Shown here piece by piece: positions 40,540 through 51,405 of a stretch of DNA of 64,000 bases. Under the pieces are notes generated by a model. It did not search any database and was not told the origin of the DNA. It worked only from the letters and a program-made list of their open reading frames with translations. The DNA is from Candidatus Latescibacterota bacterium (GTDB taxonomy: Bacteria > Latescibacterota > UBA2968 > UBA8231). Position 1 is the stretch's first letter; each line of letters starts with the position of its first letter. The stretch lies in the NCBI GenBank assembly GCA_965248355.1, contig OZ252098.1, positions 3,648,001-3,712,000 of the forward strand. Direction: 5' to 3'. The translations under genes were made by a program, and so were the position numbers.

Positions 40540-41310
40540 ATGAGCGACGACATCAGCCGGATTCTCAAGGCCTGGAAGTACGAGCCCGGGGAGTTGCACG
40601 TCCGCAAGGTCGCCTCCGAGGACGGTCGCGACCTGATCCAGATTCGCATGGACCTGGGAATCATGCAGCTGGAGTGGTCCGGGCGCCCGGACGGGGCCAT
40701 CCTGCACGACCAGCCCTCCCTGCTCGACCACTATCGGGCCGAGCAGGAGCGCCACCGGGCTGCCGGGAGCTCCGAGCCCTTCGTCCTGGGCAGGGAGGAC
40801 TGCTGGTCCCTCGGGCAGGAGGCGATGCAGTACTACTGGCGCCGGATCAGCTTCTTCGAGCTCAAGCAGTACGAGCTGGCCGAGCAGGACGCGGAGCACA
40901 ACCTGGGCATCCTCGATCTGTGCGGGGAGTTCGGCGAGCACGAGGAAGACCGCCAGATCCGTGACCAGTACCGGGTCTTCGTCACGGCCCACCGGATTCA
41001 GGCGCGGGCCCTCAAACACTTGGATGAGGAGGACCACGCCGGGGCGCTGGCCGTGATCCGCGCCGGCGTCGCCGAGGTCGAAGGCATCCTGAGGGATCTC
41101 GCCGACCCGGAGGCCATGGAGACCTGCTCCGAGTTGTCCTTCCTGCGCGACTGGGAGCAGGAGGTCGAGGACAACCGGCCACGGTCGCGGAGCGAGCAGT
41201 TGCAGGTCGACCTGAAGGCGGCGGTTGAGGAGGAGAAGTTCGAGCTGGCCGCGTCGCTGCGGGACAGACTCCGGGAGATGGAGACCGGCCGAGCCCCCGG
41301 GGCACGGTAA
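40540..41310 (+). CDS. UvrB/UvrC (UVR) motif-containing protein
   Basis: IQIRMDLGIMQLEWSGRPDG, EAMQYYWRRI, and C-terminal UVR LKAAVEEEKFELAASLRDRL. Confidence 0.8.
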   Translation: MSDDISRILKAWKYEPGELHVRKVASEDGRDLIQIRMDLGIMQLEWSGRPDGAILHDQPSLLDHYRAEQERHRAAGSSEPFVLGREDCWSLGQEAMQYYWRRISFFELKQYELAEQDAEHNLGILDLCGEFGEHEEDRQIRDQYRVFVTAHRIQARALKHLDEEDHAGALAVIRAGVAEVEGILRDLADPEAMETCSELSFLRDWEQEVEDNRPRSRSEQLQVDLKAAVEEEKFELAASLRDRLREMETGRAPGAR

Positions 41311-41325
41311 CCGGGAAACAACCCT

Positions 41326-41814
41326 ATGGGAAAACGCGTAGCACTGAACAAGCGGGACCGCGAGAAGATGAAGAAGTATCTCCTGGCGCGTCGGTTCGAC
41401 ATCCTCGAGGACCTCCACGGCACCGAGCAGGAAATCGACACCCTGCAGGACCCCAAGGCCGACGACCTCGATCGGGCCGTAGAGGCCGGCGCCATGGAGT
41501 TGCTCGTCGCCCTCGGCGATACCGAGCGCCGCGAGCTCGAGGAGATCACCCTGGCCTTGGAGAAGCTGGATACCGGCACCTACGGCAAGTGCGAAGCCTG
41601 CCTGGAGACGCCTCTGAACCTGTGCGAGGGGTGTCCCTTCATCCCCAAGATGCGGCTCGAAGCGCTGCCGACAGCCCGTCTCTGCGTCGCTTGCCAGGAG
41701 GCCCAGGAGCAGAACCGGATCCCCACCTACACGAAGCTGCGGCCGAGGCGCGCGATCTTCCAGGACGGCGAGGAGTTCTCGCATCCCCTGATGGACAACA
41801 ACGACAAGGACTGA
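41326..41814 (+). CDS. DksA/TraR C4 zinc-finger protein
   Basis: Coiled coil with DDLDRA tip; GTYGKCEAC...RLEALPTARLCVACQE. Confidence 0.85.
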   Translation: MGKRVALNKRDREKMKKYLLARRFDILEDLHGTEQEIDTLQDPKADDLDRAVEAGAMELLVALGDTERRELEEITLALEKLDTGTYGKCEACLETPLNLCEGCPFIPKMRLEALPTARLCVACQEAQEQNRIPTYTKLRPRRAIFQDGEEFSHPLMDNNDKD

Positions 41815-41835
41815 CAGTCCGCCCCGGTCGGGCGC

Positions 41836-43347
41836 TCATCCGTCCCCGGCCACCAGCTCCTTCGGTTCCGCCATCGTCGCAAGCCGCAGATCCTGCAGCG
41901 CCCGCTGGTAGGAGACCACGGCGTTCAGCGCAGAGGTGCGGGCCTGGGTGAGATCGGTCTGGGCGTCCAGGAGCTCCTGGCTGTTGGCCAGCCCGAGTTC
42001 GAAACGGCTCTGCTCCACCTCGAAGGTCCGCTCCGCCACCTCCAGGGCTGAGTTCAGCAGCCGGATCTGGCGCTCCGCCTCCTGCACCGAGCGCACCGCC
42101 TCCCTCACTTCGAGCACCACCTGCCGGCGCACCTGCTCCACCGTCAGCTCCAGCCGGCGCAGGTCGATCTCCGCCTGGCGCACGACGCCCCGGCGCCGCC
42201 CGCCGTCGACGAGAGGCAGCGCCACGCGGAGGTTCGCCGATATGAGGCTGCGCTCCAGCGTCCTCCCCACGTCGTCCGGGTCGGGGCCGCGGCCGGTCAG
42301 ATTGACCCGGGCGTTCAAAGAGGCCGACGGGCCCATGCTCTGGGCGATTCGCTTGAGGTCGATCCGGGCGATACGCTGCCGCAGGCGCTGCTGGTCCATG
42401 TCGGTGCGCCGCGCCAGGCCCATGGCGACTGCGGTCTCCTCGTCGACGGCCAGAATGGTGAAATCGACGCTGGTGCTGACGGCCAGAGGGGTATCCACGT
42501 CCATGGCCAGGACCTGGCGGAGGGCGTCGCGCCGGGACTCGATCCGCGTCTCCGCCTCGGCGTACTCCGCCTGGGCGCGCAACTCGTCCACCTCGAGGCG
42601 CAGCGCCTCGACCTCGGCGATCAGGCCGATCTCGAACTTGCGCTTGGCCAACTCCAGGGCCGCCTGGGACTGCTCCAGCCGCTGTTTCTGGATCTCGAGC
42701 TGGCGGGCGCCCTGGACCAGATCGTAGTAGGCGTTGACCACCCGGGTCTCGAGCTGCGCCTGTTGCCGCCGCAGGGCGGACCGTCCCGCGGCGTAGGAGA
42801 GCTCGGCCCCGCGCAACCGGAGTTCATCCTCGGGCTCGGTCAAGATCTCCTGCTCATAGGCGAAGCTCAGGTCGGCGCTGTACTCGCGGAAGTCCTGGCG
42901 CCGGTTGGAGCTGAAGTCGTTGCGGAATCCGGAGCCGATGATCGAGAACTCACCGATGTTCGGGAGCCTCTGGGACAGACTGACCCGGCCCTCGTAGTCG
43001 AGACGGGTGTCCTCCTGGCGGATGCGGGCCAACAGGGCTTCGTTGTCGATGATGTCCCGGCTCTCGCTGTAGCTGGGCAGGGTCAGGTCGGCGTTGACGT
43101 TGAGCTCGAAAGGAGAGCGGGCCTGGCGCAGGCGTTCCCTGCTGGCGACCAGAGCCCCCTGGTCGATCAGATGGTCGAGGTTGTTCCGATAGGCCAGCTG
43201 CAGGCACTGCGGAAGGGTGAGGGTGTCCGCCGGAGCGTCGGAGGAGCCGGGGGCCTCGGCCCCCGGAGTGGACGCGGGCGAGGTGAACTGGATCGCCAGG
43301 AAGGCACCGATGGCGTACCTCGCGGCGGATCTGCAAGAGGTTGGCAT
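41836..43347 (-). CDS. TolC-family outer-membrane protein
   Basis: LTLPQCLQLAYRNN, VVNAYYDL, RKFEIGLIA, RFELGLANSQELLDAQ. Confidence 0.85.
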   Translation of the reverse strand: MPTSCRSAARYAIGAFLAIQFTSPASTPGAEAPGSSDAPADTLTLPQCLQLAYRNNLDHLIDQGALVASRERLRQARSPFELNVNADLTLPSYSESRDIIDNEALLARIRQEDTRLDYEGRVSLSQRLPNIGEFSIIGSGFRNDFSSNRRQDFREYSADLSFAYEQEILTEPEDELRLRGAELSYAAGRSALRRQQAQLETRVVNAYYDLVQGARQLEIQKQRLEQSQAALELAKRKFEIGLIAEVEALRLEVDELRAQAEYAEAETRIESRRDALRQVLAMDVDTPLAVSTSVDFTILAVDEETAVAMGLARRTDMDQQRLRQRIARIDLKRIAQSMGPSASLNARVNLTGRGPDPDDVGRTLERSLISANLRVALPLVDGGRRRGVVRQAEIDLRRLELTVEQVRRQVVLEVREAVRSVQEAERQIRLLNSALEVAERTFEVEQSRFELGLANSQELLDAQTDLTQARTSALNAVVSYQRALQDLRLATMAEPKELVAGDG

Positions 43348-43482
43348 ATCGTTCGATATAAGCAAATTGGTGGACTTCCTCAATCGTGAGGTCAGCTTGA
43401 CTTTTCGTCCTTGGCCCGTGTTGTTTTCCGCCCCGGGCAGGATTCGAGTGCCTCCCTCCCAACCCAAGTCGACCATGGGCGC

Positions 43483-44439
43483 ATGGCTCTGTACGTAGTC
43501 ACCGGTGGCGCAGGCTTCATCGGTTCGCATCTTGTGGAGGCTTTGCTCGCGCGCGGAGAACAGGTGCGCGTGTTCGACGATTTCTCCACGGGCAAGCGAG
43601 AAAACGTGGAGCCCTTCCTCGACCGGATCGAGTTGATCGAAGGGGACCTTCGCCGACTCGACGAGGTCCGCCGGGCCTTCGACGACGCCGACTACGTCCT
43701 GCACCAGGGAGCCCTGAGCTCGGTGCCTCGATCGGTCGACGACCCGCTGTCGACGAACGCCGTCAACGTGAGTGGCACCCTCAACGTTCTCCAGGCGGCG
43801 CGGGACTCGGGAGTGAAGCGCGTGGTGAACGCCTCGTCCTCCTCGGTGTACGGCGACCTCGACGACTTCCCCCTGCGGGAGGAAGCCGACACCAAACCGA
43901 TGTCTCCCTATGCGGTCTCGAAGCTGGCGGGGGAGAAGTACTGCGAGGTGTTCACCAGTCTCCATGGTCTGGAGACGGTCTCCCTGCGATACTTCAACGT
44001 CTTCGGTCCCCGCATGGATCCGATGTCGGACTACGCGGCCTTCGTGGCCATCTTCACGACCGGGCTGCTCGAGGGGCGGCCCCTGACGGTGTACGGCGAC
44101 GGCTCGATCTCCCGCGACTGGACCTACGTGGACAACGTGGTGGATGCCAACCTGCGCGCGGCCACGGCCGGGGAGGCTGCCGGCGAAGCCTTCAACGTCG
44201 CCTGCGGCGCCTGCTGGTCGCTGAACGAGGTCATCGACGTGCTGCGCACACTGACCGACGTGGCCGGTGACATCCGCTACGGACCGCAACGGCCGGGAGA
44301 CGTGCCCAAGACCCTCGCTTCCACGGACAAGGCGGGACGGCTGCTGGGCTACGAACCCGCGGTAGGAGCCCGAGAAGGCCTGGAGCGCACCGTGGCCTGG
44401 TACCGCGAGCTCTGCCGCAACGGCCGGCGAGGGGCCTGA
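43483..44439 (+). CDS. NAD-dependent nucleotide-sugar epimerase (WbpP/UDP-GlcNAc 4-epimerase-like)
   Basis: VTGGAGFIGSHL, HQGALSSVPRS, ASSSSVYG, YAVSK, LRYFNVFGPR. Confidence 0.9.
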   Translation: MALYVVTGGAGFIGSHLVEALLARGEQVRVFDDFSTGKRENVEPFLDRIELIEGDLRRLDEVRRAFDDADYVLHQGALSSVPRSVDDPLSTNAVNVSGTLNVLQAARDSGVKRVVNASSSSVYGDLDDFPLREEADTKPMSPYAVSKLAGEKYCEVFTSLHGLETVSLRYFNVFGPRMDPMSDYAAFVAIFTTGLLEGRPLTVYGDGSISRDWTYVDNVVDANLRAATAGEAAGEAFNVACGACWSLNEVIDVLRTLTDVAGDIRYGPQRPGDVPKTLASTDKAGRLLGYEPAVGAREGLERTVAWYRELCRNGRRGA

Positions 44440-44482
44440 GGGCCTCCGACAGCCATCCGCTCCCGTCACTTGGCCTGCGGCC

Positions 44483-44853
44483 ATGACGCCGCTCTCAGCC
44501 CTCCGTCATCCATCGGTTTCCCTTCGCGCCCGATTCGCCGGCCCGTACGATCCGGGCCTGGTGTTCATCCCGTCGCCGAACGATACCCACCAGGACCACC
44601 AGGCCGTCTCCCAGGAGGGCTTCCGGGCCTTCAGGAAGACCAGCCTCCTCGGCTACGAGGTCCCTGGAACAACCTGACCTTGCATACCAACGCCTTCTGC
44701 GTCGTCACCGAGGACCACCATGAGGCACTGAGGTGCTATTCCTCGCAGGTTGGCGGGCACTACGTCAACGACGAGTTCGTCCTGAGCTGGGACCGCACAC
44801 GTGGAGGGCTGATCGGCGAGAGCTTCGAGGTGATCCGATGGCGGCTCCTCTGA
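44483..44853 (+). pseudogene. PIG-L/LmbE deacetylase C-terminal remnant, frameshifted
   Basis: LVFIPSPNDTHQDH..EGFRAFRKTSLLGYEVP, then a shifted frame PWNN..ALRCYSSQ..Y..EF..RG..ESFEVIRW. The N-terminal HPDD motif is absent. Confidence 0.7.
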
Positions 44854-44891
44854 GCCTCTCCCGGATCCCCGTGCCGGCCTGACGCGCCCGG

Positions 44892-46064
44892 ATGGCCGTG
44901 GGAGCCAAGCGGGTTCTGTCTTGGTGGCGCCGCTTGGCCGCCAGGGTCGCCGCCGCGATCCTCGCCTCCGCGGCGGTCTTGATCCTGGCGGAGTTCCTGC
45001 TCCCCCACCTGGTCACCCTGGAGCGGGCGACCCTCCAATACGACCCCCTCCTCGGCTTTCGAGGGCGGTCCCACCTGAACATCCCCTGGACCCGGGAGAT
45101 GGGAGGGGGCCAGCGGCGGGTGAGGACCAACCGTCTCGGATTTCACGACCGCGAGCGCGCCATGGGCCCGCCCGCGGGCAGCTGCCGCCTCCTCTTTCTC
45201 GGCGATTCCTTCCTTGAAGCCTATCAGGCCGAAATCGAGGAGAACCTCTCACAACGCGTGGCGCGGACCCTCTCGCAACGCGGCAGGGGAAGGGTGGAGG
45301 CCCTCAACTGGGGCGTGCACGGCTACGGTCTGGGGTCCCACTTCCTCAACGTCCGCGAGCGCCTCGATGCCTGGAAACCGGACACGGTCGTGCTCGTCCT
45401 GTTTCTGGGAAACGACCTCCAGGACAACTACGCTCCCCTGGCATCGGCCTCGGTCCCCCGTTTCGAGCTGATGGGCGACTCCCTGGTCTACTCCCCGGCG
45501 CCCCCGTACACGCTGCGGTACTGGCTGCGCGACAACGTGCTGGCACGCTCCGCCACCGCCCGCCTGGTCTGGATGTACGGGGTCAAGACCCGCCCGGGAA
45601 TCGCGGCCCTGGCGCGCGAGGCGGGCATGATCGCCTCGCCGGAGGACAGGGCCACCGATGATCATCTGCAGGGGATGACCGCCGTCGCCGAGCGGCTCTT
45701 CGGGGGGATCGCGGCCCATCTGCGCCAACGGCGGATCGGCCTCTTCGTCTACCTGATCCCCGATCCCCTGCTGATCCGGGACGTCATCGACATCCGGCGC
45801 TATCGCCGGGACCCCGGCGCGCCCCGGCCCGTATTCCGCAGGGACAAGGGGCTCATCGAAGCCCGGGTGCTGGCCGCGCTGGCCCGGCTGCAGATCGATC
45901 ACGTTTATCCCCGGGAGCTCTTCATCGAGCACATCGAGGAGGGCCGGGAGATCTACAGGGGCGGCTACGGACACTTCACCGCCCTCGGCCACGAGCTGTC
46001 GGCGCAAACCCTCGCCGGGCGCCTCGACGCCAGGGCCGCCGGGGAGGCGGCCGGAACCAGATGA
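44892..46064 (+). CDS. Membrane-anchored SGNH/GDSL hydrolase (AlgX/AlgJ-like)
   Basis: N-terminal TM segment, RTNRLGFHD, FLGDSF, NWGVHGYG, GNDLQDN, GHFTALGH. Confidence 0.8.
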   Translation: MAVGAKRVLSWWRRLAARVAAAILASAAVLILAEFLLPHLVTLERATLQYDPLLGFRGRSHLNIPWTREMGGGQRRVRTNRLGFHDRERAMGPPAGSCRLLFLGDSFLEAYQAEIEENLSQRVARTLSQRGRGRVEALNWGVHGYGLGSHFLNVRERLDAWKPDTVVLVLFLGNDLQDNYAPLASASVPRFELMGDSLVYSPAPPYTLRYWLRDNVLARSATARLVWMYGVKTRPGIAALAREAGMIASPEDRATDDHLQGMTAVAERLFGGIAAHLRQRRIGLFVYLIPDPLLIRDVIDIRRYRRDPGAPRPVFRRDKGLIEARVLAALARLQIDHVYPRELFIEHIEEGREIYRGGYGHFTALGHELSAQTLAGRLDARAAGEAAGTR

Positions 46065-46204
46065 GGAAACCCATGCCGCCGTCCGCACAAGACCGACCAC
46101 AACTGCATCCTCACCTGATCGCCGCCGAGAGCCCAGAGAAGGAGGCGATCCTGGGGGGGACGGCGGAGAGCCTCTTCTTCCGCGGGCTCCCCTGGGCGAC
46201 ATGA
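46061..46204 (+). pseudogene. 47-codon collapsed remnant of an amidohydrolase_2 gene
   Basis: ORF ends ..EKEAILGGTAESLFF.., compared with DREHILGGTAQKLYF of the intact amidohydrolase at 57409. ATGA overlaps at both ends. Confidence 0.55.
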
Positions 46205-47199
46205 GCCCGGACGATCTGCTCGACCTGGCCGCGGTCGAGGAACGGTTCGACCGGGACGCCTTCCTCAGGGACGGGTACGCGATCTTCGAGGGAATCGTCA
46301 GGCCGACGTCCCGCGCGAAGTGGCTGGCGGCGCTGGAACGGGGACAGCTCCTCAACGACCGCCTGCTCCAGGCCGACTGGTCCGCCATCGACTGGCATGG
46401 ACTCGGCCGCCGCCCGCCGGCGGAGAGAGTCCCCGCCGAGAACCTGAGAGTGGCGCTCGGCGGCAGCCAGCAGGTGCCCCAGGCGACCGACGCCGCCGGG
46501 GTCCGCACCCTGAGGCTGCACTCGGTCTTCGCCGAGTACTTTCCCGCCGGTCACCTGCCGTTCCTGGCCGACATCCTCACGCACCCGGAAATGCTCGCCC
46601 TGCAACGCCTCTGCCTCCGCAGCGACGCCGTCTACTTCGATCACAGCCAGCTGCTATCCCGGAGCGCGGGATATTCCGGCGGCTCCTGGCACAGCCACCG
46701 GATCGGGGCCGGCTGCGACAGCGGCACCGTGGGGCCCACCGAGTACGACCGCCAGCCGAACCTTCTCCTCACCCTCTGCTATCTCAACGGCTTCGATGCC
46801 GACGACGGCGGCCTCAAGATCATCCGCGGCAGTCATCTGTTCCGCGACCCGGCTGGATGCTCGGCGCCGACGGATGACGAGATGGCACGCGGCTGGCTCG
46901 ACGGCCGGGTCCATCCGGTCACGGGAAGGCCCCTCGAGATGGAGCATCTCGTCCTGCCACCTGGCTCGGTGGTCTGCTGCCTTTCCCACGCCGCCCACGG
47001 AGTGGCGCCCAAGGCCGCCGGCCGGGAGACCCGCCTCTGCTCGCTCTTCTGCTATCGCAGGCCCGGGGGCGGCGGCCTCGCTCAGCCTCCCTGGGAGGTG
47101 CCCCCGGTCTGGGCCGTGAAGGCCCGGCGCGGGGAGCTTCCCCCCGTTCTGACGGAACTGCTCCGCCCCAGCTTCGACCGTCAGCTGACCCGGGGCTAG
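46201..47199 (+). CDS. PhyH-family Fe(II)/2OG oxygenase-like protein with atypical HxH motif
   Basis: FLRDGYAIFEGI, WHSH, DGGLKIIRGSHL, PPGSVV..SHAAHGV..R. Confidence 0.8.
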   Translation: MSPDDLLDLAAVEERFDRDAFLRDGYAIFEGIVRPTSRAKWLAALERGQLLNDRLLQADWSAIDWHGLGRRPPAERVPAENLRVALGGSQQVPQATDAAGVRTLRLHSVFAEYFPAGHLPFLADILTHPEMLALQRLCLRSDAVYFDHSQLLSRSAGYSGGSWHSHRIGAGCDSGTVGPTEYDRQPNLLLTLCYLNGFDADDGGLKIIRGSHLFRDPAGCSAPTDDEMARGWLDGRVHPVTGRPLEMEHLVLPPGSVVCCLSHAAHGVAPKAAGRETRLCSLFCYRRPGGGGLAQPPWEVPPVWAVKARRGELPPVLTELLRPSFDRQLTRG

Positions 47200-47230
47200 A
47201 CCCGCCGAGACGGGGCCCGAAGCTCGGCAA

Positions 47231-47260
47231 TTGCCAATCCGGGAGAATTCCGTACATTAT
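47231..47260 (+). promoter_or_regulatory. Putative sigma70 promoter giving a long csp 5' UTR
   Basis: TTGCCA followed after 16-18 nt by TACATT/CATTAT, about 180 nt upstream of csp. Confidence 0.45.
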
Positions 47261-47438
47261 TCGTTCAAGCCGTCACGGGCCCGAGCTTCTCCCCTCGAAG
47301 GCGGTGGCGAGGAAACCGGGCGGCTTTGTCGAGTTGGCAGCAGCAGTTTGCGGTAACTGAAGTCAGTCCATCAAGCTTGAGTCCGTTGCGCGCTCTGTCC
47401 AACGCTTTGTTCCACCCTTCTTGCGAAGGAGCCAGTAA

Positions 47439-47651
47439 GTGGCCGAGCGCGAAGTCGGAACCGTAAAATGGTTCAACGACGCCAAGGGCTACGGCTTCAT
47501 TCAGCGGGCGAACGGCACCGATGTCTTCGTCCACCACTCCGCGATCCAGATGGATGGGTTCCGGACGCTGGCCGAGGGTCAGCAGGTGGAGTTCGACGTG
47601 GTGCAGGGTCAGAAAGGCCCGGCCGCTGAGCGGGTGACAGCCGCCCCCTAA
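47439..47651 (+). CDS. cspA: Cold-shock protein
   Basis: [15 protein letters not shown] and DVFVHHSAI (RNP1/RNP2), [10 protein letters not shown]. Confidence 0.95.
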   Translation: MAEREVGTVKWFNDAKGYGFIQRANGTDVFVHHSAIQMDGFRTLAEGQQVEFDVVQGQKGPAAERVTAAP

Positions 47652-47686
47652 GACGGGGCATGTCGCCCGGCGAAGTCCGAGCGAAG

Positions 47687-47718
47687 CGGGGTCGGTGGTC
47701 TCCACCGGCCCCGTTTTC
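47687..47718 (+). terminator. Intrinsic terminator after csp
   Basis: CGGGGTCGGTGG-TCT-CCACCGGCCCCG followed by TTTTC. Confidence 0.75.
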
Positions 47719-47756
47719 TCGTTACTGGCGGGGGCCGCCGGGCGGTGGGGCGCCGG

Positions 47757-48779
<1,023 letters not shown>

Positions 48780-48798
48780 TCACAGGAGACAGGCTCCC

Positions 48799-49785
48799 AT
48801 GCTGATCGGCACCCGCATCTCCCCGGACTGGCTCGAACGGCCCGACGACTTGCGTTTTCTCAAGCAGGTCGGCGTCGATGTCGTCGATATCACCATGTCC
48901 CTGGTCCCTGGGTACGACGAGACCGGCCGGCTCAGCCGCGATGGCGTCGAGCGGGCCGTCGAGCTGCTCGCCGCCGCCGACCTGCGCATCGAGCGCATCA
49001 ACAGCACGGGCGCCATGACCCGGAGGACCTTCCTCGGCCAGCCCGGCGCCGGGGAGGAGCTGGCCAACCTGGCCCACAACACCCGGGTCTGCTGCGACCT
49101 CGGCCTTCCCGTGCTCGGGGTGCAGTGCTTCCAGGCCGGCACCTTCGGCCACTCTCCGGGGCCCGGCTACAGCTGGGTCGAAGGCCGCGGCGGCTACCAG
49201 CACCTGCGCTCCGATCTGTCCGAGGCCCTGCGCAACCATCCCCCGCCTGTGGGCGCGCCCACGGCGGACCAGCTCTGGGAGCGCACGATCCGCATCTTCG
49301 AGCGGGTCGTGCCCATCGCCGAGAGCGGCGGCCTGCTGGTCGCCATGCACGGCAACGACCCGCCCGTGCCCGCCCTCTACGGCGTGCCCCAGATCCTCTA
49401 CGACTTCGACTGCTTCGACCGCCTGTTCCGGGAGATCGACTCGCCGAACATGGGCATGACCTTCTGTGTCGGAACCCGCTACGAGTCGGGGCAGGACGTG
49501 TTCGAGGGCATCCGCCGCTTCGGCGAACGCGGCAAAATCTTCCACGTCCACTTCCGCAACGTCCACGGCCGCATCCCGGTCGACGGCTGGTACGAGGAGC
49601 GAGCCCCGGACGAGGGCGACCTTTCCATGTTCGAGGTCGCCCGGGCCCTGCGGGAAGTGGGCTACGAGCGCGCCATCGATTACGACCACATCATGCGCCT
49701 GGTCGGAGACGAGGCCGGCAAGGCCTACATCGCCTTCTGCGTCGGCCACAGCAGGGGCATCCTCGAAGGGTTGCGCTCCGCGTGA
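48799..49785 (+). CDS. Mannonate dehydratase (UxuA)-like protein
   Basis: GRGGY, LWER..F...VVPIAESGG..AMHGNDPP, GMTFCVG, KIFHVHFRNV, DEGDLSM, DH. Confidence 0.8.
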   Translation: MLIGTRISPDWLERPDDLRFLKQVGVDVVDITMSLVPGYDETGRLSRDGVERAVELLAAADLRIERINSTGAMTRRTFLGQPGAGEELANLAHNTRVCCDLGLPVLGVQCFQAGTFGHSPGPGYSWVEGRGGYQHLRSDLSEALRNHPPPVGAPTADQLWERTIRIFERVVPIAESGGLLVAMHGNDPPVPALYGVPQILYDFDCFDRLFREIDSPNMGMTFCVGTRYESGQDVFEGIRRFGERGKIFHVHFRNVHGRIPVDGWYEERAPDEGDLSMFEVARALREVGYERAIDYDHIMRLVGDEAGKAYIAFCVGHSRGILEGLRSA

Positions 49786-51305
49786 GGATCGCCCTGGGCT
49801 CGGTGCTGACCGAGTGCAACCAGTTCGGGGGCTCGCCCATCGACCTCGACTGGTTCGCCCGCTACGAGCTGTGCCGGGGCGACGAGGTCCTCGGCCTGGA
49901 GGCCGGCGTCGTCGGGGGCGCGCTCCAGACCCTGCGCTCCGCCGGCGCCGGCGTCACCCCCCTGATCTCGGCCAGCACCTGCCCCGGCGGCTGCATCACC
50001 GCCGCCTGCTACCAGTATCTGCGCGCTGAGCTGCTCGGCCGGCTTTCCCGGGCCCTGCCCGTCGACGGGGTCCTGCTCGGCCTGCACGGAAGCGCCGTGG
50101 CCGAGGGCGTCGACGACGTCGAGGGGGACCTGATCTCGGCGGTGCGCGCCCTCGTCGGGCCCGAGGTCCCCGTGGTGGCCACCCTCGACCTGCATGCCCA
50201 CGTGACCCGCGCCATGGTCGAGAACACCCACGGCCTGGTGGCCTGGGCCACCTATCCGCACCGGGACTCCGCCGCCACCGGGGAGCGCGGGGCCCGCCTC
50301 CTGCTCGATACCGCCGCGGGGCTCTGCCGGCCGGCGATGGCCCTGGCCAAGGTGCCCGTCATCGTCGGCGGCATCAACGGCTCCACGGACGGCGGCGGCC
50401 CCTTCGCCCGCATGATGCGCGACCTCCGCCGCCGCGAAGGCGAGGACGGCGTCTTGTCGGCGAGCCTGTTCCTCGTGCATCCCTTCCTCGATCAGCCGGA
50501 CCTCGGCGGCGGCGGCCTGTTCGTCGTCGATGGCGACATGACCCGCGCCCGGCGCCTGGCGGTCGAGACGGCGCGGGACTACTGGCGCCACCGACACGAG
50601 CTCGAGGCCTCGGCCCTTTCCCCGGAGTTGGCGATTCGCGCCGGCCTTCAGACCCGCGGCCGGCCCGTGGTCCTGATCGAGGCCGCCGACTGCGCCGGCG
50701 GCGGTGCCTCCGGCGACAGCGTCGCCTCCCTGGCCGCCCTGCTGGCCCTCGACGACCCGCCCCCCGCCCTCGTGCCCGTGGTCGACCCGCAAGCGGCCGA
50801 AGCCTGTCACCGCGCCGGCCCCGGCGGGGAGATCTCCACCACCCTCGGCCACAAGCTCGACCCGGCCTGGGGCCGGCCGATACAGGTCCGCGGTCTCGTC
50901 GAGAGCCTGCACGACGGACGCTTCCGCTACACCGGCGGCATCTGGGACGGCGTGGACGGGGAGATGGGGCCTGCGGCCGTGCTTGCCATCGGGGCGGTGC
51001 GCGTGCTGGTCACCAGCCACGCCACCTACGACTGGGCCGACGAGCAGTGGCGGGCCGTCGGCATCGATCCCCGGCGGACGAAGTTCGTCGTTGCCAAGAA
51101 TCCGATGAACTTCCACAACGTCTATGACGACGTGGCCGCCGCCTTCCACGTCCTCGACACCCCGGGGCCGACGCCGGCCACGATCCGCAACCACCCCCTG
51201 CGGCACATGCCGCGCCCCTATTTTCCACTCGACGAGGACATCCCCGGCCTCGAGCCGACGGTATGGACGAACGCCGCCCTGCTGGCCGGGCTGCCCGCGA
51301 GCTGA
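49782..51305 (+). CDS. M81-family (MlrC-like) metallopeptidase
   Basis: TECN, LHGSAV, TLDLHAHV, TYPHRD, AADCAGGGASGD, VVAK, DTPG. Confidence 0.88.
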   Translation: MRIALGSVLTECNQFGGSPIDLDWFARYELCRGDEVLGLEAGVVGGALQTLRSAGAGVTPLISASTCPGGCITAACYQYLRAELLGRLSRALPVDGVLLGLHGSAVAEGVDDVEGDLISAVRALVGPEVPVVATLDLHAHVTRAMVENTHGLVAWATYPHRDSAATGERGARLLLDTAAGLCRPAMALAKVPVIVGGINGSTDGGGPFARMMRDLRRREGEDGVLSASLFLVHPFLDQPDLGGGGLFVVDGDMTRARRLAVETARDYWRHRHELEASALSPELAIRAGLQTRGRPVVLIEAADCAGGGASGDSVASLAALLALDDPPPALVPVVDPQAAEACHRAGPGGEISTTLGHKLDPAWGRPIQVRGLVESLHDGRFRYTGGIWDGVDGEMGPAAVLAIGAVRVLVTSHATYDWADEQWRAVGIDPRRTKFVVAKNPMNFHNVYDDVAAAFHVLDTPGPTPATIRNHPLRHMPRPYFPLDEDIPGLEPTVWTNAALLAGLPAS

Positions 51306-51405
51306 CCGGTTGGTCTCCCCCCGCGGCGTCGGTTAGCTTACGCCCCGCCATGCGACTCGATCAGATCCTCTCTCGCCACCCGCGCCAGCCGCCGTCGAGG
51401 GCTGC

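Noticed and set aside
41836..44484. 882-aa TolC fusion
   Set aside because: The upstream portion is antisense to the epimerase. TolC begins near 43347.
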